Shown: positions 26,549 through 36,788, numbered from the stretch's first letter. The stretch: 64,000 nucleotides of DNA from Minisyncoccota bacterium (GCA_041665265.1 JBAYJE010000003.1:1424-65423); one strand, 5' to 3'. Notes: generated by a model from the letters alone, not told the origin. A program made the numbers and translations.

Positions 26549-27571
26549 ATGACTCAATCACAAAAACATCTTTTCCATGTACAAGGTATGCATTGTACTG
26601 CGTGTGGAATCTTAATTAAAGAAACTCTCGAAAATGTTGAGGGAGTAACCTATGTACATGTTGATGATATAAAAAACACCGTAGAAGTAATTCTGGAAAG
26701 CAACGTAAGTAAAGAAGCTATTGTAGAAAATTTTTCCGCGCTCCTTAAAAAGGACGGATACTCGCTTTCAATAGAAAAAGTTGCTCACGCCCCCAAATGG
26801 AAGGAGTTTCGATATGCACTTCCTATTGCACTTGGCATGCTTGGCATCTTTATCTTCTTACAGAAAATTGGCCTTGTGAATCTCATTACTGCAGAGAAGG
26901 TAAATTTACCCGCAGCATTTGGCATCGGTCTTATTGCATCTGTTTCGTCATGCCTTGCGGTAGTGGGAGGATTACTTCTCTCAGTGTCAGCAAATTATGC
27001 GAAAGAAGGAGAAAAAGCAAAACCACAAATTTTCTTTCATGGAGGAAGACTTCTCTCGTTCTTTGTCTTCGGTGGGCTTATTGGTCTTCTTGGATCCGCA
27101 TTCACGTTAAGTGGGGGGGTGATACTTTCTCTGGGAATCTTAGTGAGCGTGGTAATGCTTTCGTTGGGATTAAATCTTCTTGATGTATTTCCATGGACAA
27201 AGCGGTGTCAACCACGAATGCCAAAGTTTCTTGACCATTCCTCTCGAATAAAAAATATGCAGCATAGCGCGGTACCATTCCTTATTGGACTTAGCACTTT
27301 TTTTCTTCCTTGTGGATTTACGCAATCGATGCAGGTATACAGCCTTTCTACCGGTTCATTTCTTGCAGGAGCGCTCACTATGTTTGTATTTGCTCTTGGT
27401 ACACTTCCCGTGCTCGCACTTATTAGTGTAAGCTCAGTAGAGTTTGGAAAAGGAAAATATTCAGGGATCTTTTTCAAAGTCGCAGGTCTTCTTGTGATTG
27501 CATTCGGACTTCTCACCATGATAAGTAGCCTTACTGCTGCGGGTGTTATAAAACCACTTTTTAACCTCTAA
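26549..27571 (+). CDS. HMA domain plus DsbD_2/TauE-like membrane protein
   Basis: GMHCTAC, SSCLAVVGG, FFLPCGFTQSMQ. Confidence 0.85.
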   Translation: MTQSQKHLFHVQGMHCTACGILIKETLENVEGVTYVHVDDIKNTVEVILESNVSKEAIVENFSALLKKDGYSLSIEKVAHAPKWKEFRYALPIALGMLGIFIFLQKIGLVNLITAEKVNLPAAFGIGLIASVSSCLAVVGGLLLSVSANYAKEGEKAKPQIFFHGGRLLSFFVFGGLIGLLGSAFTLSGGVILSLGILVSVVMLSLGLNLLDVFPWTKRCQPRMPKFLDHSSRIKNMQHSAVPFLIGLSTFFLPCGFTQSMQVYSLSTGSFLAGALTMFVFALGTLPVLALISVSSVEFGKGKYSGIFFKVAGLLVIAFGLLTMISSLTAAGVIKPLFNL

Positions 27572-27574
27572 TTT

Positions 27575-27979
27575 ATGAGAAAAGATTCAAAAATAGTGAG
27601 CGCGAGTATTCTTGCAGGAGCGCTTATTGTTGCTGCACTTATCATAGTACGTTCTACTTCTCCTTCTTTACCTCATACAGGGGATTCCTCAAGTGTTCGC
27701 ATGGAGAACGGAGTTCAATGGATTGAAGTGACTGCACGAGGTGGTTATTCTCCTCGAGTAATAGTTGCTAAAGCAAACATTCCAACAAAATTACGTATGA
27801 TTACACGCAGCACTTTTGATTGCTCTGCAGCATTTGTAATGCCCGCACTTGGCATTCGAGCGATGTTGCCATCTTCAGGTTTAACTAATTTCGATATTCC
27901 ACCACAGTCGGAAGGTTCTGAACTACAAGGTCTTTGTGGAATGGGTATGTATAGTTTTGTTATTCAATTTACGAAATAA
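27575..27979 (+). CDS. Cupredoxin-domain protein
   Basis: GGYSPRVI, FDCS, CGMGMY. Confidence 0.8.
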   Translation: MRKDSKIVSASILAGALIVAALIIVRSTSPSLPHTGDSSSVRMENGVQWIEVTARGGYSPRVIVAKANIPTKLRMITRSTFDCSAAFVMPALGIRAMLPSSGLTNFDIPPQSEGSELQGLCGMGMYSFVIQFTK

Positions 27980-28001
27980 AAAAGTTTGATATACTAATGA
28001 T

Positions 28002-28235
28002 ATGTGGAATTATTATGGAAGACATATGTTTGGATGGGGAGGAGGTGGGTTTGTACTAATTTTATTTTTCTGTATCGTGGTAGTTGCTTTTATTGTATGG
28101 GCTGAATATAAAACATTTTCACCAAGAAACGAGGCAAAAAAGACCGCACTTGAGATTCTGAACGAGCGATATGTAAAAGGAGAGATGGATAAGAAAGAAT
28201 TTGAAGAAAAGAAAAAAGATATTAAAAACAATTAA
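28002..28235 (+). CDS. SHOCT-domain membrane protein
   Basis: TM helix then ALEILNERYVKGEMDKKEFEEKKKDI. Confidence 0.8.
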   Translation: MWNYYGRHMFGWGGGGFVLILFFCIVVVAFIVWAEYKTFSPRNEAKKTALEILNERYVKGEMDKKEFEEKKKDIKNN

Positions 28236-28238
28236 ATC

Positions 28239-28475
28239 ATGAAACATATAACCATTTACTCAACTCCTTCGTGTGTATACTGCAAAATGGCCAAAGCATA
28301 CTTTGACCAAAAGGGTGTAACCTACACTGAAAAAGATGTATTTGCAGACGAAAAAGCACGAGAAGAGATGATTCAAAAATCTGGACAACTTGGCGTTCCC
28401 GTAATAGATATCGGAGGACAAATTGTCATTGGATTTGATAAGAGCATTATCAATAATCTTTTAGAAACAAAATAA
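28239..28475 (+). CDS. Glutaredoxin-like (NrdH/YruB) protein
   Basis: YSTPSCVYC, SGQLGVPVI, VIGFD. Confidence 0.88.
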   Translation: MKHITIYSTPSCVYCKMAKAYFDQKGVTYTEKDVFADEKAREEMIQKSGQLGVPVIDIGGQIVIGFDKSIINNLLETK

Positions 28476-28488
28476 AGTTCAGTATCTC

Positions 28489-28513
28489 AAGCGCCCTTCG
28501 GGGCGTTTTTGTT
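28489..28513 (+). terminator. Intrinsic terminator
   Basis: GCGCCC-TTCG-GGGCG-TTTTT. Confidence 0.8.
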
Positions 28514-28543
28514 TCGTGCAAATGTTCGGTATAGTGAGAGTAA

Positions 28544-29260
28544 ATGAAACTTCATAGATTTATAGGTGATTTTGATTTTTCACACTCTATACTACGGGTT
28601 ACCGAGCGTGACTTTGTTGAACAAGTCATTTCTGTACTTAGACTTGCACGTGGTGAGGAACTGATTTTGTGTGATGGAAAAAGGAATGAAGTGAGAGGAA
28701 AAATCCTTACTTACGAAAAGGGGTTTGTTGAGATTGAAATTCTTGAGAAGAAAAGGAATGAGGCAGAATCTGAATGTGAAGTGACACTTTACCTTTCAAT
28801 ATTAAAGAAAAGTAATTTTGAACTTGCAGCACAAAAAGCGACAGAGGCGGGAGTCACACATCTTACTCCTGTTCTTTCTACGCGCACAGTTAAATTGAAT
28901 ATGCCAGAAGCAAGAATCTCACAAATTATGAAAGAGGCATCGGAGCAATCTGGACGAGGGGTAGTTCCTCAGATTCATAAAGCAATTGATTTTGATATGG
29001 CACTTGAACATGCAAAACAAAACGACGCAAATCTTCTTTTTGATAGCTCTGGCAACTCCATGCACCATATTCTACCCACACTTCAGGATGCACGTCGCAT
29101 AGGAATTTTTATAGGTCCTGAAGGAGGATTTGATCCAGAAGAAGTGTCACGCGCAAAAGAAAAAGGATTTAAAATTGGAAATTTAGGGAAACGTACACTT
29201 CGCGCTGAAACAGCGGCAACTATTGCAACATTTATCATATGCCAATTGCACGAAGAGTAG
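28544..29260 (+). CDS. rsmE: 16S rRNA m3U1498 methyltransferase
   Basis: QKATEAG, EASEQSGR, IGPEGGF, TLRAETA. Confidence 0.93.
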   Translation: MKLHRFIGDFDFSHSILRVTERDFVEQVISVLRLARGEELILCDGKRNEVRGKILTYEKGFVEIEILEKKRNEAESECEVTLYLSILKKSNFELAAQKATEAGVTHLTPVLSTRTVKLNMPEARISQIMKEASEQSGRGVVPQIHKAIDFDMALEHAKQNDANLLFDSSGNSMHHILPTLQDARRIGIFIGPEGGFDPEEVSRAKEKGFKIGNLGKRTLRAETAATIATFIICQLHEE

Positions 29261-29826
29261 CACGGGTTATGGAAGTAATGCAGAAACGCCAAAAAGGACT
29301 TATCATCGTTCTCGAGGACATTTATGATCCACACAACGCAGCTGCCATTTTAAGAAGCGCGGAGGCTTTTGGTGCAGGAACAATCTACTTTATTTTTAAT
29401 ACAGAGAAGGAATTCAACCCTCGCCAAATAGGGAAGAGGAGTTCATCGTCCGCAAATAAATGGCTTGAGTTTAAAATATTTAAGACTATTGAGGAATGTA
29501 CAAAAGAATTAAAGAAACAGAAGTACACTATTATTGCGACTGCACTTATTCCAGACGCAAAATCCATTTTTCGTGCTTCATTTACATCCCCACGCATTGC
29601 GCTCATGTTTGGAAATGAATCGCGCGGTCTTTCACCAAAAGCACTTAGTATTGCTGATGAAGTTGTCTCCATTCCTATGCGAGGCATGGTAGAAAGTCTT
29701 AATCTTTCAGTATCGGCAGGAATCTTTCTTTTTGAGATTACCCGTCGACGCCTCGCAACTATGAAAAAGCATGTACTTACCACTCGCGAAGCTAAAGCTG
29801 CCACCAAGCGTATACTACGGACATGA
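29239..29826 (+). CDS. trmH: TrmH/SpoU-family RNA methyltransferase
   Basis: DPHNAAAILRSAEAFG, FGNESRG, IPMRGMVESLNLSVS. Confidence 0.85.
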   Translation: MPIARRVARVMEVMQKRQKGLIIVLEDIYDPHNAAAILRSAEAFGAGTIYFIFNTEKEFNPRQIGKRSSSSANKWLEFKIFKTIEECTKELKKQKYTIIATALIPDAKSIFRASFTSPRIALMFGNESRGLSPKALSIADEVVSIPMRGMVESLNLSVSAGIFLFEITRRRLATMKKHVLTTREAKAATKRILRT

Positions 29827-30497
29827 AAAAAATAACTGGAGGAATTTTTGGTGTATGGAAACCGAAAGGGCCGAGCTCGTATGACGTAATACGCGTTTTA
29901 AAGCATATGACGACAGAAAAAAAAATTGGGCACGCAGGAACATTGGATCCTCTTGCGTCAGGCATTCTTGTGATTGCAATTGGGCGTGAAGCGACAAAAA
30001 AAATTAGTAATGAAGTGGCAAAGGAAAAAGAGTATGTAGCTTCAGTACGACTAGGTGTTACAAGCAGCACCGATGATAGGGAAGGTATAAAAACAAGAAA
30101 CATTTCTGCAAAAAAGATTTCAAAAGAAGAAGTACAAAATGCAGTAAATAAATTTGAAGGAAAGATAATGCAAGTGCCACCTGTCTATAGTGCAATAAAA
30201 ATGCAGGGAAAAGAAGCATATAAAAGAACACGTGCAGGGGAAAAGATTGTTATGAAACCAAGAGAAGCTCTTATTAAAGAGATTGAGATTCTTTCCTATA
30301 GATGGCCTTATCTCTCCATTCGCGTAGTCACGGGCCCAGGAGTCTATATCCGTTCGCTTGCGCGTGATATAGGGGGTGCACTGGGTGTGGGAGGGTATCT
30401 TGCAAATCTCATACGTACTCGCGTGGGCACCTATACTAAAAAGGATGCACTGCACCCAAAAGTGAAACATAGTAGAATAAAGAAAAGGTCAAAATAA
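29823..30497 (+). CDS. truB: tRNA pseudouridine(55) synthase
   Basis: [32 protein letters not shown]. Confidence 0.95.
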   Translation: MKKITGGIFGVWKPKGPSSYDVIRVLKHMTTEKKIGHAGTLDPLASGILVIAIGREATKKISNEVAKEKEYVASVRLGVTSSTDDREGIKTRNISAKKISKEEVQNAVNKFEGKIMQVPPVYSAIKMQGKEAYKRTRAGEKIVMKPREALIKEIEILSYRWPYLSIRVVTGPGVYIRSLARDIGGALGVGGYLANLIRTRVGTYTKKDALHPKVKHSRIKKRSK

Positions 30498-30510
30498 TAT
30501 AATTATAGCT

Positions 30511-31128
30511 ATGTACGAATTACCAAAACTTCCGTATGCATATGATGCGCTCGAACCATGGATTGATGCGCGCACGATGGAAATCCATCACACAAAACAT
30601 CATGCTACCTATGTGGCGAAATTGAACGAAGCGCTTGCTCCTTATCCAGAACTTTCTGCACAATCGGTTGAACAACTCGTAAAGAACCTCGCATCTCTCC
30701 CTGAGGCAGTTCGCGGCGCAGTAAAAAATCATGGAGGAGGGCACGCAAATCACTCGCTCTTTTGGACGGTGATGGGACCACAAAAGGGTGGCGAACCTGT
30801 TGGAAAAACAAAAAACGCAATTACTTCATCACTTGTAAGTTTCGGTTCTTTCAAAGAGCAATTCTCAAAAGCCGCGCTTGGTGTATTTGGAAGTGGATGG
30901 GTCTGGCTCGTAGGCGACTCGCAAGGAGCTCTGAAGATTATGACTACCCCTAATCAAGAATCGCCACTTACCCAGGGGCTAACTCCTATCCTTTGCCTTG
31001 ATGTATGGGAACACGCCTACTATCTTAAATTTCAGAATCGTCGTACAGAATACATTGAACAGTGGTGGAATGTAGTCAATTGGGATGAGGTTGAAAATCA
31101 ATATACAAAAGCAATACTCCATGGATAA
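30511..31128 (+). CDS. sodA: Mn/Fe superoxide dismutase
   Basis: [26 protein letters not shown]. Confidence 0.93.
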   Translation: MYELPKLPYAYDALEPWIDARTMEIHHTKHHATYVAKLNEALAPYPELSAQSVEQLVKNLASLPEAVRGAVKNHGGGHANHSLFWTVMGPQKGGEPVGKTKNAITSSLVSFGSFKEQFSKAALGVFGSGWVWLVGDSQGALKIMTTPNQESPLTQGLTPILCLDVWEHAYYLKFQNRRTEYIEQWWNVVNWDEVENQYTKAILHG

Positions 31129-31387
31129 CATTAAAGAGAAAATAGTAGGGGAACAGGCGCAATTCAAGAAAGAGGCACGAAACCAGGCACTCACCCTTAT
31201 TACGACGAGCTTTAGTCTTGTGGCAGGCCTTGCGTGGAATGAAGCAATTAAATCGCTTATTGAATTTCTTTTTCCGCTTGGGCAAAACGGCCTTGTTGCA
31301 AAATTGCTCTATGCGGTACTTATTACTCTTTTTATAGTGATAGTTACCTATAGCCTTTCAAAGATGAAAGCAAAAGATACCGAGTAA
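31121..31387 (+). CDS. DUF5654-like two-TM protein
   Basis: [19 protein letters not shown]...YAVLIT. Confidence 0.7.
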   Translation: MDNIKEKIVGEQAQFKKEARNQALTLITTSFSLVAGLAWNEAIKSLIEFLFPLGQNGLVAKLLYAVLITLFIVIVTYSLSKMKAKDTE

Positions 31388-31432
31388 CATCAAGATAAAA
31401 AATACCCCGAGTAGGGTATTTTTGTAGAAGCC

Positions 31433-31879
31433 TTAGTTAAGAACAACGATATCAGTAAATGCGATTCCGAACTCCATCGCATCTTGCCTTGAGGGCATCC
31501 AGATATCTACGAAGTTTTTCTTACGCACATGCATACGATCCTCAACAACGAACGTCTTTGTTCCAAAAAACTTTGGAATCTGAATCTTTGTACCAAAGGG
31601 GTAGATATTGGTCGCAATGATTCCATCGCGAACCATAGAGCCCATTGCAGTGACAAAAGGAGTGCTATCAGTTTGGTCTGGAGTACTTGAATAGGCAGTT
31701 ACCCAGACTTTTCGGGTATTTTGTTCATCTACTACTTGTTTTGGTGTGACAGCTGCCTCTGCTACATGAACAACGGCATCTGAAAGTACTTGACGGTCTC
31801 CCACTACTGGCACCTCCGAAGGAATCGGAAAGACCATAACGGCAAGACTTATAAGTACTGGTATAAGTTTAATCATCAT
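31433..31879 (-). CDS. 3D-domain cell-wall protein
   Basis: VTAYSS..QTD.TPF.TA, PFGTK, VVEDR, VDIW. Confidence 0.85.
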   Translation of the reverse strand: MMIKLIPVLISLAVMVFPIPSEVPVVGDRQVLSDAVVHVAEAAVTPKQVVDEQNTRKVWVTAYSSTPDQTDSTPFVTAMGSMVRDGIIATNIYPFGTKIQIPKFFGTKTFVVEDRMHVRKKNFVDIWMPSRQDAMEFGIAFTDIVVLN

Positions 31880-32005
31880 AATAAAAACCCCTCACTCAGG
31901 GATTATGGGGATAGCCTATCACACTTTGTCGATTCTGGCAAGGGTTTGAGGCAATAAACCGCTATTTTATTGAGTTTTTCGGACTTTCTGGTAGTATTGT
32001 AAGTG

Positions 32006-32093
32006 ATGAATCCCGTTAGAAACATGAGTATAATAGAAAATATGAAAACCCGAGTCGAAAGCGAATTGACCTTAAATTTCTAACGGGATGAAT
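32006..32093 (+). mobile_element. MITE-like element at the rluA start codon, encoding a 25-aa uORF
   Basis: Perfect 11-bp TIRs CCCGTTAGAAA(32012-32022)/TTTCTAACGGG(32077-32087) flanked by the direct repeat ATGAAT (32006-32011, 32088-32093). Confidence 0.75.
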
Positions 32094-32810
32094 CTTGTGA
32101 TTTATAAAACAAAAGACTTTGTGGCATACAACAAGCCGGCAGGCATGCTTGTACACCGAACGCACGAGACAAAAGAGGGCCAAGGAGAGAAAACACTCGC
32201 TGATATTGCCATTGAAGAGTTTCCAGAGATAAAAAAAGTAGGAGATGACCCAGAACTTCGTCCTGGAATCGTACATCGCCTCGATAGACACACGTCGGGC
32301 GTTATTATTGTGGCTCGAAACCAAAAATTCTTTGAATTTATGAAGGGTCTCTTTCAAACACATCAAATTACGAAAACATATTGCGCACTAGTAAATGGAA
32401 GATTAATGGGAAAAGGTACTATAGATACTCCTATAGGATTGAAGCCGGGCACGGTAAAGAGGAGCGTCTTTGCAAAGAATATGAAGATGGTAAAGGAGGC
32501 GATTACTGAGTATAAGGTAAGGAAAATGTATCAAAAGGAAGGATTCGGAGGGCGAGCGATTTATTATTCACTTGTTGATGTAACCCCAAAAACAGGAAGG
32601 ACACATCAGATTCGCGTTCATCTTGCTTCTATTGGTCACTCAATTGTAGGTGACGCACTTTATGGACAAAAAATAAACTCACTTGGTCTTGCTAGACAAT
32701 TTCTTCACGCAGAATCAATCGAATTTAGTACGCCCGATGGGAATCGCGTAAAATTGGAGGCCGAACTTCCCAAAGAACTTCGAGATGTACTTGAAGCATT
32801 AGAGAAATAA
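32088..32810 (+). CDS. RluA/RluD-family pseudouridine synthase
   Basis: NKPAG, RPGIVHRLDRHTSG, TGRTHQIRVH, IVGDALYG, FLHA. Confidence 0.93.
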   Translation: MNLVIYKTKDFVAYNKPAGMLVHRTHETKEGQGEKTLADIAIEEFPEIKKVGDDPELRPGIVHRLDRHTSGVIIVARNQKFFEFMKGLFQTHQITKTYCALVNGRLMGKGTIDTPIGLKPGTVKRSVFAKNMKMVKEAITEYKVRKMYQKEGFGGRAIYYSLVDVTPKTGRTHQIRVHLASIGHSIVGDALYGQKINSLGLARQFLHAESIEFSTPDGNRVKLEAELPKELRDVLEALEK

Positions 32811-33178
32811 AAAGCCCCACAAATGTGGGGCAGATTTTTTGTGCGAACCTATATTACAGAAGGTGGCAAGTCTTCGTGTGTCCGCGTGCCGGAGATTCGT
32901 CCTTTCGTGGCTTCGAGTATATGCAGTATTACATCGTATTGATCAAAACGTGTATGACACTGAGCGAGTAATCAATTATATGCAGATTTTATATTGTGAC
33001 AGTATTTATCACAAGGAAGAGGGCAGGTCTTCTTATCCGCATGCCAAACCTCCGTTTGTTGTACTGGGTCGGATAATACCCTTAAGCCACATAATATGTC
33101 AATGGCCTTTTAAGATACGGATAATGTAAGGCGGTTTCGTTTGACAAAAGACATGGTTTTGCTTACTCTTTTATAGTT

Positions 33179-33502
33179 ATGGAAAACGACATCTTGAAGA
33201 AAATTCGCCCAGGCGCAAAAGTACGCGTGTGGGAAAAAATCAAAGAAGGAGACAAGGAGCGCCAAAGCGCTTTTGAAGGATTAGTACTTGCACGCAAGCA
33301 TGGTAATGAATCAGGAGGAAGCTTTACGGTTCGTGCAGTACTTTCTGAAGTAGGAGTTGAAAAAGTTTTTCCAATCAATTCTCCAACAATCGCAAAAGTT
33401 GACATTCTTTCAAGTCCAAAGAAATTACATAAAGCAAAGTTGTATTATGTCCGAGATTTCTCAAGCAAGAAGATTCGCGAACGCGTCACTTCAAAGAAAT
33501 AA
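33179..33502 (+). CDS. rplS: 50S ribosomal protein L19
   Basis: KIKEGDKERQSAFEG, FTVR, GVEKVFPINSP, AKLYYVR. Confidence 0.95.
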   Translation: MENDILKKIRPGAKVRVWEKIKEGDKERQSAFEGLVLARKHGNESGGSFTVRAVLSEVGVEKVFPINSPTIAKVDILSSPKKLHKAKLYYVRDFSSKKIRERVTSKK

Positions 33503-33510
33503 CGATAAGG

Positions 33511-33535
33511 GACTCCCGCATTCGCGGGAGTTTTT
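33511..33535 (+). terminator. Intrinsic terminator after rplS
   Basis: GACTCCCGC-ATTC-GCGGGAG-TTTTT. Confidence 0.8.
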
Positions 33536-33577
33536 GTATGATAAGAGTATAAGAAAAAAGAGAGTACGAACTACAAC

Positions 33578-34273
33578 ATGGAAACCGAAAAAGAAAACGT
33601 AGGAATGCTGTTGGTGGTAGCAACGCCAATCGGTAATTTAAAGGATATAACACTTCGTGCGCTCGAAGTGTTAAAGTTGTGTGATGTAGTGTTTGCCGAA
33701 GACACGCGTGTTTCTGCAAAATTACTCGCACACTTTGAAATTAAAAAGCCGGTATTTCGGTACGACGAACACTCGCACGCACTTTCAGTTACTAAGATTG
33801 CAAAATTACTTGTTGAAAAAAAAAGAGTAGTACTAATAACCGATGCGGGTACTCCTGGTATCGCAGATCCTGGTTCCCGTCTTATTGCTGCAATTCATAG
33901 TGAGCTTCCAGAAGTTCCTATTGTTCCTATTCCGGGGCCCTCAGCACTTATTACCTTACTTTCTGTTTCGGGTATGAATACAGAGCAATTCACTTTCTTG
34001 GGTTATCCGCCGCATAAAAAAGGAAGAGAAACATTCTTTAGAAAGATAAAGGAGATACCAGTATGGCCCGTGGTTCTTTATGAATCTCCTCATCGAATTG
34101 TAAAAACATTTCATAGTATTGTGGAACAGTGCGGCGAGGAGAGAATGGTAGTGGTAGGACGAGAGCTTACGAAGATGTACGAGGAGATATTTAGAGGTAC
34201 TGCAAAGGCAGCACTTCAAAAATTCGAAGCAAATGTAATACGAGGAGAATTTGTAATAGTTATTTCCCAATAG
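33578..34273 (+). CDS. rsmI: 16S rRNA Cm1402 methyltransferase
   Basis: VATPIGNLKDIT.RA, AEDTR, DAGTP.I.DPG, YESPHR, RELTK. Confidence 0.95.
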   Translation: METEKENVGMLLVVATPIGNLKDITLRALEVLKLCDVVFAEDTRVSAKLLAHFEIKKPVFRYDEHSHALSVTKIAKLLVEKKRVVLITDAGTPGIADPGSRLIAAIHSELPEVPIVPIPGPSALITLLSVSGMNTEQFTFLGYPPHKKGRETFFRKIKEIPVWPVVLYESPHRIVKTFHSIVEQCGEERMVVVGRELTKMYEEIFRGTAKAALQKFEANVIRGEFVIVISQ

Positions 34274-34532
34274 CCCAATCCTCAAGTGATTGAAAGTCTG
34301 TTTCTCCACAAATACTTTTCTTTGATCGTGTATTGTAAAAGAAAGGCACACCTTCGCAATGCTCCGTGTCGTACTCCTTCATAAGTTGTTGGTTGGCAAT
34401 ATCGTGCCATACCTCGAGTCTCTCAATTGTGAGATGATTATCGAGTTCAATTTTCTCTACAAACGGTTTCATTGTCTCGCAATGTGGGCATTCCTGACCA
34501 TAAAACATGAGCAAATGATTTTTTTCGTTCAT
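34260..34532 (-). CDS. Small thioredoxin-fold protein
   Basis: FYGQECPHC, GVPFF. Confidence 0.8.
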   Translation of the reverse strand: MNEKNHLLMFYGQECPHCETMKPFVEKIELDNHLTIERLEVWHDIANQQLMKEYDTEHCEGVPFFYNTRSKKSICGETDFQSLEDWAIGK

Positions 34533-34549
34533 AATAGTATTATACAACG

Positions 34550-35140
34550 GTGATGAAAAGATTTCTCGATATTGTGGGTGGTTGTATTGGCTTTCTAGGA
34601 TTTCTAATCCTTACCCCTTTTGTTGCGCTTGCCACAGGTATAGAAAGTGGTTTCCCGATTCTTGTGAAGCTTGATCGAGTGAGCAGTGGGGAATGTATAC
34701 AAGTGTATAAGTTTCGTACGATGATTCATGGAGCACATGCGATGAAGAAAGATCTTGCTACTCAAAATGAACGAAATGATGGGCCTCTTTTTAAAATAAA
34801 AAACGACCCTCGCCTCACGAAAGTAGGAAAATTTCTGAGGAAGCTTCGGATTGATGAGTTTCCACAATTTATTAATGTATTGCGTGGGGAACTATCGCTT
34901 GTAGGCCCTCGTCCTCATGAGCCCGAAGAACTCGCAAAATATCCGGAGGAATTTAAAATGCTTGCTGAAGGGAAGGCGGGACTTACCGGGCTTTCTCAGG
35001 TAAGTGGTGCATCGGGTCTTCCATTTCGAAAGGAATTGGAGCTCGATAAATATTATTTGGAACATCAATCATTGTGGCTTGATATTAAAATACTTTTTAA
35101 AACGGTTTGGATTTTTATTTCCGACCCCACGGGGGTCTAA
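34550..35140 (+). CDS. Polyprenyl-phosphate sugar transferase (WcaJ/WbaP catalytic domain only)
   Basis: KRFLDI, YKFRTM, DPRLT, DEFPQ..NVL.G..SLVGPRP. Confidence 0.9.
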   Translation: MMKRFLDIVGGCIGFLGFLILTPFVALATGIESGFPILVKLDRVSSGECIQVYKFRTMIHGAHAMKKDLATQNERNDGPLFKIKNDPRLTKVGKFLRKLRIDEFPQFINVLRGELSLVGPRPHEPEELAKYPEEFKMLAEGKAGLTGLSQVSGASGLPFRKELELDKYYLEHQSLWLDIKILFKTVWIFISDPTGV

Positions 35141-35219
35141 AAATAAAAAACATTGACTATAGCACTTTGAAGTGCTATTTTAGTTTCAGCAATTTTATTC
35201 ATTCACAAAAGGAGGTTGT

Positions 35220-35558
35220 ATGCGACAAACCAATCTTACACGCGAAGAGGTATTATTATCTCTCGTAGGACAGCGAGAATGCCCATATCCGCGCTGCCTG
35301 TTACTAAATGAACTAGGTGTCATGGCAAAAGAAGGAGATAAAGAGGCTGAAAAAGCCCTTCGTCCCGTCCTCCTCATTTTGTCTGAGGATGAACGTGCCA
35401 TCGCATATTGTTGTCTTGCAAGTCTTGAAGCACACGAACCTGAAACAATCGCCGCACTCAAACAATTTGCGAACGATGCGGAAAATGCGCCTCTCATAGG
35501 ATGGGCACATCAACGATTCGGGATTGTGGTGCCAACCGGCACAACACCGACTGCATAA
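35220..35558 (+). CDS. Hypothetical helical protein
   Basis: Strong SD GGAGG, own promoter (35153) and terminator (35565-35592). Confidence 0.7.
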   Translation: MRQTNLTREEVLLSLVGQRECPYPRCLLLNELGVMAKEGDKEAEKALRPVLLILSEDERAIAYCCLASLEAHEPETIAALKQFANDAENAPLIGWAHQRFGIVVPTGTTPTA

Positions 35559-35639
35559 TAATATAAAATCCCCGTACTAAACGGGGATTTTTTGCCTAAA
35601 TTATAGGATTCTTTCTAATTCTCGGTTATGATGAGACTA

Positions 35640-36788
35640 ATGCGGGTCGCGATTTTACATGATTATTTGAATCAGTTTGGTGGCGCGGAACGAGTACTTG
35701 AGGTTCTTCTTGAGATATTTCCAAAAGCCGATTTATATACGCTTCTTTATGATTCGAAAAAAACATTTGGACGTTTTGACCGTAACATTGCAAAAACAAG
35801 CATTCTTGATAATTCGTTAGTACGGAAAAAACATCGCGCGTTTATCCCTCTTATGCCTTTTGCCTCGGAACATCTCACAAGCAAGGATCAGTACGATCTT
35901 ATAATCTCTTCTACTGCGGGGTATGCAAAAGGATTTAATATAAAAGGGCGATATCATATAAGTTATTGCCACAGTCCTTTGCGATACGCGTGGGAAGTTG
36001 ATTATTTAAAAAATCTTCCCTTTGCACCGTGGCCACTAAAAGAAATGATTATAAATCCAATTGCACAATGGATGCGGCAGTGGGATATTGATGCCGCAAA
36101 ACGAGTAAATCTTTTTATTGCAAACTCTCATTATATTGCGCAGAAAGTGCATTCGTATTATGGGCGTGAGGCATTTGTAGTATTTCCTCCTGTCGAAAGT
36201 AGAACTTTTTATCCTGATCCTTTGGTAGCACAAGGTGATTATTATCTTATGGCGGGGAGGCTTTTGTACTACAAAGGATTTGATATTGGTATTAAAGCAT
36301 TTAATCGATTAAAAAAACCTTTAAAAATTGTGGGTGCGGGTCCCGAAGCAGAAAAGCTAAAAGCGCTAGTAAAGACTCCCTATATTGAATTTTGCTCAAA
36401 TATTTCTGATGAAGAGCTTCGAAAATTGTATTCAGGAGCAAAGGCATTTATTTTTCCACAAATTGAGGATTTCGGACTGGTAGCTGCAGAAGCACAGGCA
36501 TGTGGTACACCAGTACTTGCGTACCGCATAGGAGGAGGAGGAGAAATCGTAATTCATAAAAAAACGGGACTTCTTTTTGATGAGCAAACTCCTGAAGCAA
36601 TCGAGGCGGCGGTACGCGAGTGCGAAGCAATGCAGTTTAACCGTAATGAGATTGCACGAGAGGCAAAACGCTTTTCACGGGAACAATTTATAACCAAAAT
36701 AAGTACCATTGTTCGTGCTGCAGGATTTTCTGATACGATGCCGTCTATGGGGACTTCGAAAATTCAAAATAGAAAAATGCGCTCATGA
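35640..36788 (+). CDS. GT4 glycosyltransferase
   Basis: [26 protein letters not shown]. Confidence 0.92.
   Translation: MRVAILHDYLNQFGGAERVLEVLLEIFPKADLYTLLYDSKKTFGRFDRNIAKTSILDNSLVRKKHRAFIPLMPFASEHLTSKDQYDLIISSTAGYAKGFNIKGRYHISYCHSPLRYAWEVDYLKNLPFAPWPLKEMIINPIAQWMRQWDIDAAKRVNLFIANSHYIAQKVHSYYGREAFVVFPPVESRTFYPDPLVAQGDYYLMAGRLLYYKGFDIGIKAFNRLKKPLKIVGAGPEAEKLKALVKTPYIEFCSNISDEELRKLYSGAKAFIFPQIEDFGLVAAEAQACGTPVLAYRIGGGGEIVIHKKTGLLFDEQTPEAIEAAVRECEAMQFNRNEIAREAKRFSREQFITKISTIVRAAGFSDTMPSMGTSKIQNRKMRS

Noticed and set aside
32972-32974. Alternative genetic code (TGA read-through)
   Set aside because: Many intact genes end in TGA and none of the conserved genes is interrupted, so code 11 fits
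32820-33130. tmRNA or RNase P RNA in this intergenic gap
   Set aside because: No tRNA-like ends, T-loop or GAGGAAAGUCC-type motif seen on either strand
34545-34558. CAACGGTGATGAAA as a third start-codon element end
   Set aside because: Only a partial match and no left inverted repeat or duplicated ATGAA upstream
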